This document shows, in pieces, positions 63,525 to 64,000 of a DNA stretch of 64,000 nt. The notes under the pieces are model-generated. The model ran no database searches. It had not been told where the DNA came from and worked only from the letters and a program-made list of their open reading frames with translations. The stretch comes from Yuukianura sp. NJ FZ-2021 (lineage: Eukaryota), in NCBI GenBank assembly GCA_046563655.1, contig CM102289.1:6882001-6946000 (forward strand), given 5' to 3'. The position numbers and the translations under genes were made by a program. Position 1 is the first letter of the stretch. Every line of letters starts with the position of its first letter.

Positions 63525-63907
63525 GGTTACATGCCATTTCGCCGAATGGTTTACCACGAACCGGATTTGGACGAATGAATTTCGTCGAAACGAATTACCT
63601 CGAAGGGTCATTTACTGCGAAAGGTTACTTCGAAATCCAACTACAACGAAAGGAATTACTGCGAAAGTCGATTTACCACGAAAGTTGAATTTACAACGAA
63701 AGAGATACAGGCAAAACCTAAATCTAACAAAAACCTGTTACGTGTAGTTTCTATTACCCAGTTAATAACTTAACACATGATAACACATAACATAAATACT
63801 ACAAGTACATTGAGTGAATGAAAGAGTACAATTTACCTTTCGAAGTAATTCGTTTCGTCGAAATGCGCTTCGTAGTAAATCATTCCCTCAACCAATGGCG
63901 TGCTACC
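63525..63907. mobile_element. Non-autonomous foldback DNA element (Mutator-like MITE)
   Basis: Termini GGTTACATGCCATT / GGTAGCACGCCATT (reverse complement). Arrays of ~15-17 nt TTTACxxCGAA subrepeats are inverted between the arms, with an AACCT-like core. Flanks GCCTGCTG and GCCTGGTT may be a degenerate TSD. Confidence 0.65.
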
Positions 63908-64000
63908 GCCTGGTTGCATAGTTTGCCAATTTTGTCGGGTGATACATATTGACATGATTCACAATATTATAAAACTACACAAATTTTTTGGTTACTTTGC

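Noticed and set aside
1..64000. Prokaryotic systems (CRISPR arrays, operons, defence islands), rRNA or tRNA genes
   Set aside because: The DNA is intron-rich eukaryotic sequence. No regularly spaced repeat-spacer array or recognisable structural RNA gene was seen.

Overview
AT-rich, gene-dense eukaryotic genomic DNA with many short (mostly ~55-100 nt) GT-AG introns. It is clearly an arthropod. The gene complement and compactness suggest a springtail (Collembola) or similar hexapod, but that cannot be proven from this window. About 19 protein-coding genes are readable, in this order: 3' end of an ABCH transporter, DUF229 protein, fritz/WDPCP, double BED-finger protein, RR-1 cuticular protein, NEURL4, host cell factor, CYP2-clan P450, Dof/BCAP-type adaptor, Tret1-like transporter, orphan coiled-coil gene, FPPS-like prenyltransferase, HPDL, a second orphan, ALDH, SOAT, a degenerate intronless class A GPCR, catalytically dead calpain-C, ARH3, a 4-TM protein and a diapausin antifungal peptide that the ORF track misses. 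Several MITE-like foldback elements are present. No rRNA, tRNA, CRISPR or autonomous transposase was recognised. Most notable: (1) the FPPS homolog has Cys-Ala in place of both chain-length-limiting aromatic residues, making it a candidate long-chain prenyl or terpene synthase; (2) four perfect AGGTCAAAGGTCA (DR1) elements occur, three of them in lipid/terpenoid genes; (3) a pseudo-GPCR sits directly upstream of a pseudo-calpain whose start codon is tandemly duplicated out of frame; (4) HCF carries two ubiquitin-like LKGG motifs where HCF proteins are normally cleaved. Exon boundaries were read by eye and spans include introns.
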